Source: Candidatus Alkanophaga liquidiphilum (GTDB lineage: Archaea > Halobacteriota > Syntropharchaeia > Alkanophagales > B39-G2). Taken from it: DNA of 64,000 nucleotides. Numbering within the stretch: the stretch's first letter is position 1; the number at the start of each line of letters is the position of its first letter. Made by a program: the position numbers and the translations under genes. The notes beneath the pieces are model-generated. The model ran no database searches and was not told where the DNA came from. It worked only from the letters and a program-made list of their open reading frames with translations. Positions 1-9,120 of the stretch are shown here, piece by piece. Location of the stretch: contig JAPHEF010000001.1 of assembly GCA_029259535.1 (NCBI GenBank), positions 21,399-85,398 on the forward strand. The letters are read 5' to 3'.

Positions 1-7
1 CTTGGGA

Positions 8-349
8 TTAGCAGCAACATCTTCCTAAAATTTCCTTAATCCTCCCCTCTGCGATTACGACGACGACACCGGCGTTCGTAAGGATTTCAAGCGCTCCTTT
101 TCTGATGCCGCCAGTGATGAGCATGCGCACGCCCGTGCGCACGAGGATTCTCGCCGTTCGTAGGTCTGAAATGTTCGGGCGGAGGGCGCCGCCGGCGCCG
201 AGGCTCGTGTTGCTTGTTATTTTCATATCGTTCATTTCGGGGTCGAGCATGAAGAAGTATATGCTTTTGCCCAGTTCCGGTGCTATTTCAGAATTGATGT
301 CCTTGGACAGCGCTGCTATGCATATCATCACGCTACACCTCGTCGGCAT
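8..349 (-). CDS. NifB/NifX-family (dinitrogenase FeMo-cofactor-binding fold) small protein
   Basis: The 113 aa sequence has a Gly-rich core (ILVRTGVRMLITGGIRKGALEILTNAGVVVVIAEG) typical of the NifX/NafY-like ~110 aa domain. It overlaps the next gene by 17 nt, consistent with an operon. Confidence 0.5.
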   Translation of the reverse strand: MPTRCSVMICIAALSKDINSEIAPELGKSIYFFMLDPEMNDMKITSNTSLGAGGALRPNISDLRTARILVRTGVRMLITGGIRKGALEILTNAGVVVVIAEGRIKEILGRCCC

Positions 350-1442
350 GCCTCCTGCCGCTGGCGGCGGCGCTCACAAGCTCCACAAATCTTAGTATGT
401 CTGCCTTATGTATTATGCCTTTAAAAGTACCATCAGCAAAAACTGCAAGCAGGCTCGTATTATGCTTCAGCATCTCTTTCAGCGCATTTATGGCGTCTTC
501 GTCCTCAGAAATTCGAGGAAGCGGCGTCATCACATCTCGAACTCTTAAGTGCGGACGACGCTCCACAGGCACCTTGCTCACGTCGGCAAACGAAACAAAG
601 CCCCGCACGCCACTATCGTCAGCAACAAGGTAGCCAAGCCGCCGCCCCCAGAACATAAGGTCGAGAAGCTCCGTAAGAGGGAGCTCCGGTGGCACCGCCT
701 CTAAGGCTTCGCTGCGCATCACGTGCTTGACCTTCAAGCCGTCAAGCGCTGCGTGTATGAGCGTGGCGCTTTCCTCCTCGCTAGCGCCGACGTAGATGAT
801 GAAAGCAATGATGATAAGCCAGGGGTTCAAAATTCCAACGAGCGCCATTGCGATGGCGAAAGCCTTGCCGACGAGCGCTGCTTTCTTCGTTGCCACCAGA
901 AACGAGTATTTCCTCGCAAGCATCGCTCTTAAGATGCGTCCGCCGTCCATCGGGAACGCCGGTATTAAATTGAACGCTGCGAGCACGACGTTCAGGTAAC
1001 CAACGCTTAAAATCAATAGCCCCAATGGCAAGTAAGAGCCAAAGCCCAAAATGCGGTAGAAGGCGAGGCACACGCCCCCAATCGCAAAACTCGCCGCAGG
1101 ACCGGCGAACGCAATCCTCGCCTCCTCCCTCGGCTCCTTTGGAATCTCTTCCATCATCGCAATTCCGCCGAAAATGAAGAGGACTATACTGTTTATCTTC
1201 GCTCCGTATTTCATTGCGACGGCGGAGTGCGAAAGCTCGTGCAAGAGGACTGAGGTGAAAAGCAGGATGGTGGCGGCGGTTGAAACCGCATACCTTAATG
1301 CAACGTCATTTATCTCAGCAAAGCCGAAGGGGCGGGGTTGCTGCGCAAAGAGCCACGCGAATAGGGGGAGGACCATAAGAAAAGTCACATGCAACTTCAC
1401 CGGTATTCCCATGACCCTAACGAGCTGTAAGGACGACTTCAT
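333..1442 (-). CDS. Site-2 protease family (M50) zinc metalloprotease with C-terminal CBS-domain pair
   Basis: An HExxH motif sits in a TM helix (LLHELSHS). The N-terminal half is multi-TM. The C-terminal ~120 aa has the CBS-domain pattern. Confidence 0.8.
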   Translation of the reverse strand: MKSSLQLVRVMGIPVKLHVTFLMVLPLFAWLFAQQPRPFGFAEINDVALRYAVSTAATILLFTSVLLHELSHSAVAMKYGAKINSIVLFIFGGIAMMEEIPKEPREEARIAFAGPAASFAIGGVCLAFYRILGFGSYLPLGLLILSVGYLNVVLAAFNLIPAFPMDGGRILRAMLARKYSFLVATKKAALVGKAFAIAMALVGILNPWLIIIAFIIYVGASEEESATLIHAALDGLKVKHVMRSEALEAVPPELPLTELLDLMFWGRRLGYLVADDSGVRGFVSFADVSKVPVERRPHLRVRDVMTPLPRISEDEDAINALKEMLKHNTSLLAVFADGTFKGIIHKADILRFVELVSAAASGRRHADEV

Positions 1443-1569
1443 TAAATTTCGCCTCAGTTCGATTTTGTTTTGGCATTGCTCGTAAATTAAACTTAGCGGC
1501 TCGAAGCTTTGCGGGTGGGAAGCTGCGAATCATTTTTTAAGCGAGAAGGAATGTTGTATAGAAAAGGAG

Positions 1570-2577
1570 ATGCAAGAGGATGAAATAGACCTTGAGCGTC
1601 TGGCTGAGAGCTTGCGGGATTTTGAGGGAGTGCAGCGGAAGAAGCCGATATATGATGTGGCAAGGCTTTTTGGGGACGCCGAGTATGTTGGCGGGCGCAC
1701 GGTGATGGGCTTTGGGGACGACGCCGCCGTGCTCGAGCTCGACGATGAGCGTTACGTGCTGCTTGCAATAGATGGTATTTGGGGGCGGCTGTTGGACGCC
1801 GACCCGTGGTGGGCAGGTTACTGTGCGGTGCTCGTGAACGTGAACGATATTGCGGCGATGGGCGGCGTGCCGGTGGCTATGGTGAACATGGCGGCGACGC
1901 AGAGCCGTGGCATTTGCGGCGAGCTCATCCGAGGCATGCGGGACGGCGTTCGGAAGTTCGGCGTGCCGATGGTCGGCGGACACATGCACCCTGACACGCC
2001 CTACGACTCTCTTGACGTCGCAATCGTCGGCGTAGTGAAAAAAGGTTGCGTCCTGCTTTCAAACGGAGCGAAGCCCGGCGACGCCCTCGTTGTTGGCATC
2101 GACGTGCATGGACGAATTTACCCGAAGTTCCCACTCGCATGGGATAGCACGACGCTCCGCTCCGCCGCAGAGGTGAGGAAGCAGCGGCTCTGCATGGCAG
2201 AGGTCGGCGAGAAATGCCTCGCAACCGCAGCAAAGGACATCAGCAACCCCGGAACTATCGGAAGCATCGGCATGCTCCTCGAAACCTCGGACGTCGGCGG
2301 CGTCGTTGACCTCAGGGCGATTCCAAGGGCTGAGAGCGTGCCGCTTGAACATTGGTTGAAAATGTATCCGGGCACCGGCTTCATACTCTCGACCGAGAGC
2401 GGAAACGACGCAGAGAAGTGCATAGAGATTTTCGAGGCTGCTGATGTGCGGGCAGCAGTTGTGGGAGAAGTTGACGGCAGTAAAAAGTTGAAAATATGCA
2501 ACGGCAACGACGAGGCGACCGTGTTCGACTTCGATAAGGAGATTATCACGGGTATAAAGAAGCCTGCGAGGCGGTAG
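1570..2577 (+). CDS. PurM-like (AIR synthase-related) ATP-binding protein; resembles the methanogen-marker-2 type
   Basis: GDDAAVL...IDGIW...NVNDIAAMGG motifs match the PurM/ThiL/HypE superfamily N-domain. Length is 335 aa. The stop codon is 1 nt before the start of the next gene. Confidence 0.65.
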   Translation: MQEDEIDLERLAESLRDFEGVQRKKPIYDVARLFGDAEYVGGRTVMGFGDDAAVLELDDERYVLLAIDGIWGRLLDADPWWAGYCAVLVNVNDIAAMGGVPVAMVNMAATQSRGICGELIRGMRDGVRKFGVPMVGGHMHPDTPYDSLDVAIVGVVKKGCVLLSNGAKPGDALVVGIDVHGRIYPKFPLAWDSTTLRSAAEVRKQRLCMAEVGEKCLATAAKDISNPGTIGSIGMLLETSDVGGVVDLRAIPRAESVPLEHWLKMYPGTGFILSTESGNDAEKCIEIFEAADVRAAVVGEVDGSKKLKICNGNDEATVFDFDKEIITGIKKPARR

Positions 2578-2578
2578 A

Positions 2579-4054
2579 ATGGCGTCGCTGATATATGCAA
2601 AGGATATACCCGAGGCTTACGCGCTGGCAAACAACGAGATACTGGTGAGGGGCGTGGAAGCGGCGTCGGAGCGGGGCAATGTCAAATTTATCAACGACCT
2701 GCTCGTCGTGGTGGAGCGACCGGAAGTGGCGCTCGCCGAAGGCTCGCCGCACGCCTCCCACTTCTCACTTCTTGCAGAGACGCCAAACGAAGTTTGGAGG
2801 ATAGGAGGAGTCACCGGCGTCTTCGAGCGTGAAGAGACTTATGCCGACCGCTTCAGAAAACCCTTAGACCAGATAGGCAAAGGCGTGGAACTAATAAGGA
2901 GGAAGCCGTATTCGAGGAGGTTTTGCGTGAGCGTCGCCCGCCCTTGGGACGTGCTGAGCAGGACTCCGCCCGCTCTCATGGAAATTTACGTGCAGGTTTT
3001 GGAGGCTGCCGACGCGGACGCCGTTGAGCAGGAGGACGGCGGAGGACGCAGACGGGAAGAGCGGAAAGAAGTGCACGTCACCGGCTTTTTCAGGAGCGTT
3101 GACGTTTTCAATTACTTAAATCTGAACCTCAACGGGCTGTGCGAGCTTCAGGAGCTTATTTGCAGGGAAACCGGCTACGAGAAAGGAAGCATCGCTGCCC
3201 ATCTCGTGAATGCCCACTACTACCTCAGGAACGAGCGGCAGGTAGAAAAGGTCACCAGCAGTGCGGAGGCGAGAGCTGCTACTAGGAAAAGTGAGAGAGA
3301 AGCGGTGCGGCTCGGCGGGTTAATAAAGACGGAGCATCTGCCGTCAGGCTGGCGTGAGACTCTTGAGCTCATTTACCGACAAGGACTGCAGACGGAGACT
3401 GAGTGGGGCGAGGTTTTCGAGAGAAAGCGGCGGGCAAAGTTCGCTCACAGGCTTCTTTTAGAAATAGAGCGCCCGTCGGAGGACATGGAGGACGATAAGG
3501 CGCCGTTCACAAGGAAATATCTGGAGGAATATGCGTTGCGTTACGTGCTCGGCACGACAAATTTGCCGGCGACGGAATCCGAAATCCTCTACGAAGAGGG
3601 CGAAGCCTACACCTACGCTTCGAGGGCGAGGTATGAGCCCGCCGACATGGGATTCTTCGAGCTTAAAAAGCCTGTAGACCAACTTTATCACGCCATAGAA
3701 CTTCTTAGGAAGGACAAGAGGACGAGGCGTGCCACAATCGTCATATCGAGACCGTGGGACATTTTGAGTGAAGATCCAGCGTGTTTAAGGGGCTACGTGT
3801 TCCATGCAGATCCGCAAGACCCCGAAGCTCTGAGGATAACGCTGTTCATGCGTTCTAACGACGCCTACGGAGCGACTCTCGCAAACCAGTTTGCGTTCAC
3901 GAGGCTTGCGGAGTTCGTCGCCGCGAAGACGGGCTTCGAGTCCGTGAAATTGACGTTACTGGCGGCGAACATGCACATTTATGAGGACGCTTTTGAATTT
4001 GTTGAAGGCTTGTTGAAGCCGAAGATGCCGTCGTTCGGAGAGTTTTTTAGTTAA
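2579..4054 (+). CDS. Tandem-duplicated thymidylate synthase (ThyA)-fold protein, fused pseudo-dimer
   Basis: The 491 aa protein is two ~245 aa ThyA-like halves. Both halves carry the phosphate-binding RR..W(D/P) motif (RRFCVSVARPWD and RRATIVISRPWD). Both carry the RS.D...N-like segment (RSVDVFNYLNLN and RSNDAYGATLANQF). Only the second half keeps the nucleophile context P-x-C (DPACL); the first has PPAL. Confidence 0.6.
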   Translation: MASLIYAKDIPEAYALANNEILVRGVEAASERGNVKFINDLLVVVERPEVALAEGSPHASHFSLLAETPNEVWRIGGVTGVFEREETYADRFRKPLDQIGKGVELIRRKPYSRRFCVSVARPWDVLSRTPPALMEIYVQVLEAADADAVEQEDGGGRRREERKEVHVTGFFRSVDVFNYLNLNLNGLCELQELICRETGYEKGSIAAHLVNAHYYLRNERQVEKVTSSAEARAATRKSEREAVRLGGLIKTEHLPSGWRETLELIYRQGLQTETEWGEVFERKRRAKFAHRLLLEIERPSEDMEDDKAPFTRKYLEEYALRYVLGTTNLPATESEILYEEGEAYTYASRARYEPADMGFFELKKPVDQLYHAIELLRKDKRTRRATIVISRPWDILSEDPACLRGYVFHADPQDPEALRITLFMRSNDAYGATLANQFAFTRLAEFVAAKTGFESVKLTLLAANMHIYEDAFEFVEGLLKPKMPSFGEFFS

Positions 4055-4323
4055 TTTTCGGTTTTACGATGTTGAATAACGTTCTGCGGTATGCGAAATC
4101 CTGAGCGAGGGCTTGAATGAGCGCCTGCGGGTCACGCTCCACACTGTTAACGATATGATAAAATTCGCATTTATTGCCGCTACAATTGTGCTTAAGAACA
4201 TAGATAAGCAAACCGACATAAAGTTTGGCTGAGGACAACGTGGGCGTGGTATCGGCGAAACTCGCATGTGGTGCCTACTGAAGTTAAAAATGAAGGAGCG
4301 GCGTGGGCGGTTCTGCGCAGGCT

Positions 4324-5451
4324 CTACTCTAAGACTATCTTCTCAAGTAACCTCCAAGACTCGGTATTAAGCTCTTTTGCCTTTAATATTTGGCGTTCGA
4401 GGTTTTCGAGGGCGATGTGGAAAGCGGCGTCGCCGCCGAAGCTCTCACCACGTCCTATGAAAAGTTTTCCGTCCGTCCTCATCCTAATCTTGCAGAAGAT
4501 AAGGGGATGCCTTTTGAAGCGTTCTCCATGTCGTTTGAAGTAAACGTGAACAACCCCCCGCTTCAAGAAGACTCCAAACTTCTCGACGAGCCGCCTTAGC
4601 TCCTTTTCCACGTGCGACCTGTCAAATCTAACGTCACCCGCTGTCAGCTCTAAGAGAAAATCTTCGTCCTTTTCGGCGCCTAACTTCGAAATCGCCTCTA
4701 AGATGTCAGTTTTCGTCACTATTCCGCTAATTTTGTCATCTCTCGTGACGACAAGTCCGGAAATGCCGTTGCTCACCATGAGCTCGACGGCTTTTCTCAC
4801 GACGACGTCCTCAGATATCGTAATGACGCTCTCGGTCATGATGTTTGTAACAGGAATGCCAAGCCTCGGCTTCTTCTCGGAAATAGCGCCTCTCGTGAGC
4901 CTCTTCTTCGGAATGATGGCCATGATGCAATCGTGCATGGTGACTATGCCGACAAGCTTGCCGTCTTTAACGACGGGCGCTCTTGAGATGCCGTGTTCTC
5001 TAAAGGTATTGAGCACGGCGGCGAGCGTGTCATCCTCGCCGACGGTGATGACGTCGGGACTCATAAGCTCGCGGACGGGCACGTCGCCGAACTCGGTATC
5101 CGCGACTGCGAGAAGCAGGGCTTCGTCAGTGACAACGCCGATGAGCTTGCCATTGTTGAAAACGGGCAGATGCTTAAGCTCGTTCTCAAACATGAGGCGA
5201 GCGGCGTCATGGATGCTCGTCTCAGGCGATATTTTCGGCGCCCTTTTTGCCAGGGTCTTTACCTTTGTCCTAGGGTCTCGAAACGCCCTCACGATTATGC
5301 GTTCCGTGAGGATTCCGATGTATTTACCGTCCTTGAAAACTATGAGCACGTCCACGTTGTCGTTCTCCCTGAACTTTGAAAGCGCCCTCGAAAGCGTCTC
5401 CTCAGCGTTTATACTCTCGTAATTCTCCGTGAGCAACTCCCGAACTTCCAT
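4324..5451 (-). CDS. CBS-domain (x4) protein with C-terminal ribosome-hibernation-factor (RaiA/HPF, S30AE)-like domain
   Basis: Four CBS-like repeats are followed by a ~100 aa tail. The tail reads HVYFKRHGE...CKIRMRTDGKLFIGRGESFGGDAAFHIALENLERQILKAKE and matches the HPF/RaiA pattern, including the conserved LERQ. Confidence 0.55.
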   Translation of the reverse strand: MEVRELLTENYESINAEETLSRALSKFRENDNVDVLIVFKDGKYIGILTERIIVRAFRDPRTKVKTLAKRAPKISPETSIHDAARLMFENELKHLPVFNNGKLIGVVTDEALLLAVADTEFGDVPVRELMSPDVITVGEDDTLAAVLNTFREHGISRAPVVKDGKLVGIVTMHDCIMAIIPKKRLTRGAISEKKPRLGIPVTNIMTESVITISEDVVVRKAVELMVSNGISGLVVTRDDKISGIVTKTDILEAISKLGAEKDEDFLLELTAGDVRFDRSHVEKELRRLVEKFGVFLKRGVVHVYFKRHGERFKRHPLIFCKIRMRTDGKLFIGRGESFGGDAAFHIALENLERQILKAKELNTESWRLLEKIVLE

Positions 5452-5561
5452 AACAAAGAGTGCGCCGATGGTATAATAAAAGCTATGTAGGGCTTTGAGG
5501 GAGATACACGCCCCTGCTCAACAAGCGCTTATCATTTGCCAAAACGCGAGCGAGCTGATAT

Positions 5562-6563
5562 TCAATATGCTTCCAAACACTCCCAGCGCAGCCCTGTCAG
5601 GACGCCCACGAGTTTTGCGACGTAGCTGCCAAGTGGCTCGTTACCAGCACGAGCGTCGATGATGGCGTTCTGCGTGCCCTTAAGCGCGTCGAACATCATT
5701 CGCTCTATGACCTCATTGAACTCCTCGACTGTGAGCCCCATGCCCACCGAGAACATGAAGGTGAGCGTTACGATGGCGCCGGCGGCGGCGTCGCTACGGG
5801 CTTTCAGCAACAGGTCCTGTTGTGATACGTAAATTTCGGTCTTCGTCAATCCGAATTTCAAAAACGGCACGCAAAGCCCCTTTAAAAGCTCCTTCGTCAG
5901 TTTGTAATGCGGGTTCACAAGGAATAAGGTCTCCGAAATGGCTTTTATGACGTCTGCGGCGATGGCGCTCGCCAGCCTGTGCCGTGGCAGCGGGACGTCC
6001 GGCACGTTTTCAAAAATTCTGCCCTCATCCAAGACGACGACGGCGTCTGCGCTCTCCCGTAGCTGTTCTATTTCTTTTTTGGCTAATTCCATCTTAAGAC
6101 CCTCGGAAGGGAGCGTGACGAAAGCAACGGCGGTGGCGCCTTGCTCCTTTGCAGCATCTAAGGCGACGGACGCCATGCTGGTATCAAGCTCGTGCGCTGC
6201 GTGTGCCGTGACAAAGACCACATCAAAGTTATCGAGATGTGGAACCAACCCCTCTTTCAAAGACCTGATGGCATTAGCGTAGCACGCCTCGGGCATGTTC
6301 TGCCGGAATAACGCCTTCTCAAGCCTTATATTCCTGTCGGCTTTCGTCTTCTTTAACTGACGCTTGTCGGCGATAGCGACGGTTTCCACGCATTTCGGCG
6401 TTCTCTCGATGATGCGGCGTAACGTTCTACAACCGGATTCTCCGCAGCCGACAACCGCCACTCTCGACACACCGAGCACCTCAGGGCGCTCCACCTCAGC
6501 GACGCTGTATCCCTCTTTGACGAAAAGCAGTCTTTTCGCCCCGAACATTTGCACCAGTATCAC
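5562..6563 (-). CDS. FtsZ/tubulin-superfamily paralog with degenerate GTP-binding (T4) and catalytic (T7) loops
   Basis: The T1-like loop VAVVGCGESG is present. Around the T4 position the sequence aligns with FtsZ [26 protein letters not shown] as FVTAHAAHELDTSMASVALDAAKEQG. The T7 NVDFADV region is replaced by LVNPHYKLT. Confidence 0.55.
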   Translation of the reverse strand: MILVQMFGAKRLLFVKEGYSVAEVERPEVLGVSRVAVVGCGESGCRTLRRIIERTPKCVETVAIADKRQLKKTKADRNIRLEKALFRQNMPEACYANAIRSLKEGLVPHLDNFDVVFVTAHAAHELDTSMASVALDAAKEQGATAVAFVTLPSEGLKMELAKKEIEQLRESADAVVVLDEGRIFENVPDVPLPRHRLASAIAADVIKAISETLFLVNPHYKLTKELLKGLCVPFLKFGLTKTEIYVSQQDLLLKARSDAAAGAIVTLTFMFSVGMGLTVEEFNEVIERMMFDALKGTQNAIIDARAGNEPLGSYVAKLVGVLTGLRWECLEAY

Positions 6564-6639
6564 CTGTTTCCCTTATCGCACTCTTACGATGAAAAATTTG
6601 ATGCGGTGAAAAATAAAATTTTCTAAAAGTAGTAGTGAG

Positions 6640-7968
6640 ATGGGGGAGCTCATCTTGCTCGTCGGCTTTTCGCTCGTAGGCACGCTCATCGGTTTCTTCA
6701 CAGGCCTAATTCCTGGCATTCACGTGAATAACGTTGCGTTCACGCTTCTGACGCTGTCCCCAGCTATTTTTCGCATCATTGAAGGCTCGCCGCTGCCGCA
6801 AGGCTTTTTGCCGTTGTGCGTCGCATCTTTGGTGATCTCGGCATCCGTCGCTCATACCTTCTTGAGCTTTATTCCCACCGCCTTCTTCGGCGCCCCCGAG
6901 GGAGACACAGCCCTTTCCCTCCTTCCTGCGCACCACATGCTCCTTGAGGGGCGTGGCTACGAAGCCGTGTCGCTATCCGCAGTTGGGAGCTTTTGCGCTG
7001 TCGTCTCGGCGTTTCTACTGCTTCTCCCCTTTAAGTTTGTGTTTTCGGCGCCTCTGCACTTTTACGGCATACTGGACGCCGTCCTACTCTTTCTCCTACT
7101 GGGAATCTCGGCATTGCTTATCCTGACTGAAAGCTTTAACGAAAGACTTATGCCGATGCAAGCGGTCCTTTTAGCGCTTCTCGTTTTCATGTTATCTGGA
7201 GCGTTAGGGTATTCGATTCTGAATACGGAGCTTATGAACATCAGCAACGGTCTTTTCAATTCTTATCGAGTTTCTCTGCTCTTCCCAGCCCTCACGGGGC
7301 TTTTCGGCGTTGCATCTTTGCTGTATTCAGCGGCGCACGCCCCAGACATACCGGCACAGGTGTTAAAGGAGCCTGAAATTAATAAAAGCGAGCTTACGAA
7401 GTCAATAGCGGCAGGCACGCTTTTCGGAAGCGTCGTTGGTTTTCTTCCGGGAATCACGGCGGCGCATGCGACGGTATTTGCGATGCTCGCCCGTCGTAAC
7501 AGAGCGCCGGAGCAAATAATTCTAACACTCAGCAGCGTTAATACCGCCAACGCGATTTTCTGCACCGCTGCACTCTTTTTAATTCTGAAGCCAAGAAGTG
7601 GTGCGCTCATTGCGGTGAGCGAGCTCATAAGCGTAGAGCCTTGGGGAGGGATAATTCCACCACTGAGCCTCTGCTACCTCCTCATCTCAGTTCTGGTGGC
7701 GAGCTTCTTTTCCTATTTCGCAACAATGCTCGTGGGTAGACGACTCTCCGCAATTTTCACAAGGCTACCATACCAGCTTGTGGTCTTTGGCATTCTGACG
7801 CTGCTTTTCGCTCTCGTTTTTTTGTTTAATGGTGTTTTTGGCATGCTTGTCATGCTCGTTGCGACGTGCATAGGTCTTGTGCCCATTTATTTGGGCGTGC
7901 GGCGTTCGCACTGCATGGGAGTGTTACTGCTGCCGATAATCTTGTTCTATGCTAATATTTCACTGTAA
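6640..7968 (+). CDS. TctA/DUF112-family polytopic membrane protein
   Basis: The protein is highly hydrophobic with two internal repeats carrying a G..TGLIPGI / GFLPGIT motif, typical of the TctA duplication. Confidence 0.5.
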   Translation: MGELILLVGFSLVGTLIGFFTGLIPGIHVNNVAFTLLTLSPAIFRIIEGSPLPQGFLPLCVASLVISASVAHTFLSFIPTAFFGAPEGDTALSLLPAHHMLLEGRGYEAVSLSAVGSFCAVVSAFLLLLPFKFVFSAPLHFYGILDAVLLFLLLGISALLILTESFNERLMPMQAVLLALLVFMLSGALGYSILNTELMNISNGLFNSYRVSLLFPALTGLFGVASLLYSAAHAPDIPAQVLKEPEINKSELTKSIAAGTLFGSVVGFLPGITAAHATVFAMLARRNRAPEQIILTLSSVNTANAIFCTAALFLILKPRSGALIAVSELISVEPWGGIIPPLSLCYLLISVLVASFFSYFATMLVGRRLSAIFTRLPYQLVVFGILTLLFALVFLFNGVFGMLVMLVATCIGLVPIYLGVRRSHCMGVLLLPIILFYANISL

Positions 7969-9104
7969 ACACCAAGCGTCATTTTTGCGACATTATCCCA
8001 AGAGAAGAACTTTGCGGCTTTTCTGCCGTTTTCGCCCATCCTGCGTGCATGTTCGAAATTTGAAAATATTTCTTTGATGCCCCAGCTTATTGATTGTGGA
8101 TTGTCGTAAACCCTAAGCCCATTGATGCCGTGCTTGACGTATTCGAAGCCGTTCTGCGTCACGATTATCGGCTTACGGGCAGCCCACGCTTCGAGGGCGA
8201 CTATGCCGAAGGGCTCATTCCTTGAAGGTATGCAGACGACATCGCACGCCTTATACCACTTCCCGAGGTAATCTTCAGAAACATAGCCAAGGAACCTCGT
8301 AGCGTGCGCCACGCCCAGCTCCCACGCCCGACGTTCGAGCCAAGGACGCATGTGCCCGTCGCCTATGAACACGAACTTTGCATCCGGGAATTCTATCAAG
8401 ACAGAGGGGACCGCCTCTAAGAGTAAATCAGGCCCCTTCTGCACGACCATCCTGCCGACAAACAAGCAGACCGGGTCCCAGACACCAATACTGAGCCACC
8501 TTTTGACCTCCCAAGGGTCAACAGGCACGTCAAACTTATGCAACGAGACGCCGTTTGGAATTACTGCAATTTTCCAATCTTCGAACTTATAAATGCGCTT
8601 TATTTCCTCTTTCAGCGTCTGCGACGTCGTAATTATCTTGTTGGCGACGAAGCCGCCATACCATTCCAAATTCCGGATATGCCATGATTGCCCCTCATGG
8701 AAGGCATTACCGCACCGCCCGTATTCTGTGGAGTGCAGCGTGAACACGGTCCTCTTTCCGCGGGCGTTTTTTATCTCTGCGAGCGCGTTTGCGGTCATCC
8801 AGTCGTGACCATGAATTATGTCGAAATGCCCTGCGATGTTTTCCGTTTCAAAGAAATGCCAAGCGAAAGAGCGGCACATGTTGTTCATCTCCCCCACGAA
8901 GTTGGAGTTCAAATCGAAAGGGCATCGGTGGTAATGGACGCGGTCAATGACCTCATACTGCGGCTGCCCGTGCCCCATCCTCGTAAACACGTGAACCTCG
9001 TTTCCCAGCCTTTCAAGCGCAGCAGCGAGCTCCGTCACGTGGACGGCGACGCCTCCAACTTTGATGGAATGTAAAGATTCCCAACTGAACATTGCGATTC
9101 TCAT
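7947..9104 (-). CDS. glgA: Glycogen synthase (GT5-type, archaeal GlgA)
   Basis: MRIAMFSWESLHSIKVGGVAVHV matches the glycogen/starch synthase N-terminal KVGGL motif. The start was chosen at ATG 9104 (MRIAMF) rather than the longer ORF start at 9305. This sits 17 nt downstream of the NDP-sugar pyrophosphorylase gene. Confidence 0.8.
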   Translation of the reverse strand: MRIAMFSWESLHSIKVGGVAVHVTELAAALERLGNEVHVFTRMGHGQPQYEVIDRVHYHRCPFDLNSNFVGEMNNMCRSFAWHFFETENIAGHFDIIHGHDWMTANALAEIKNARGKRTVFTLHSTEYGRCGNAFHEGQSWHIRNLEWYGGFVANKIITTSQTLKEEIKRIYKFEDWKIAVIPNGVSLHKFDVPVDPWEVKRWLSIGVWDPVCLFVGRMVVQKGPDLLLEAVPSVLIEFPDAKFVFIGDGHMRPWLERRAWELGVAHATRFLGYVSEDYLGKWYKACDVVCIPSRNEPFGIVALEAWAARKPIIVTQNGFEYVKHGINGLRVYDNPQSISWGIKEIFSNFEHARRMGENGRKAAKFFSWDNVAKMTLGVYSEILA

Positions 9105-9120
9105 TTCCAACCCTGACTTC

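Noticed and set aside
4703-5422. 239-aa ORF on plus strand (Ser/Thr/Met-rich) opposite the CBS-HPF gene
   Set aside because: Fully embedded antisense to a well-supported gene. Low-complexity composition is typical of alternative frames in GC-rich coding DNA.
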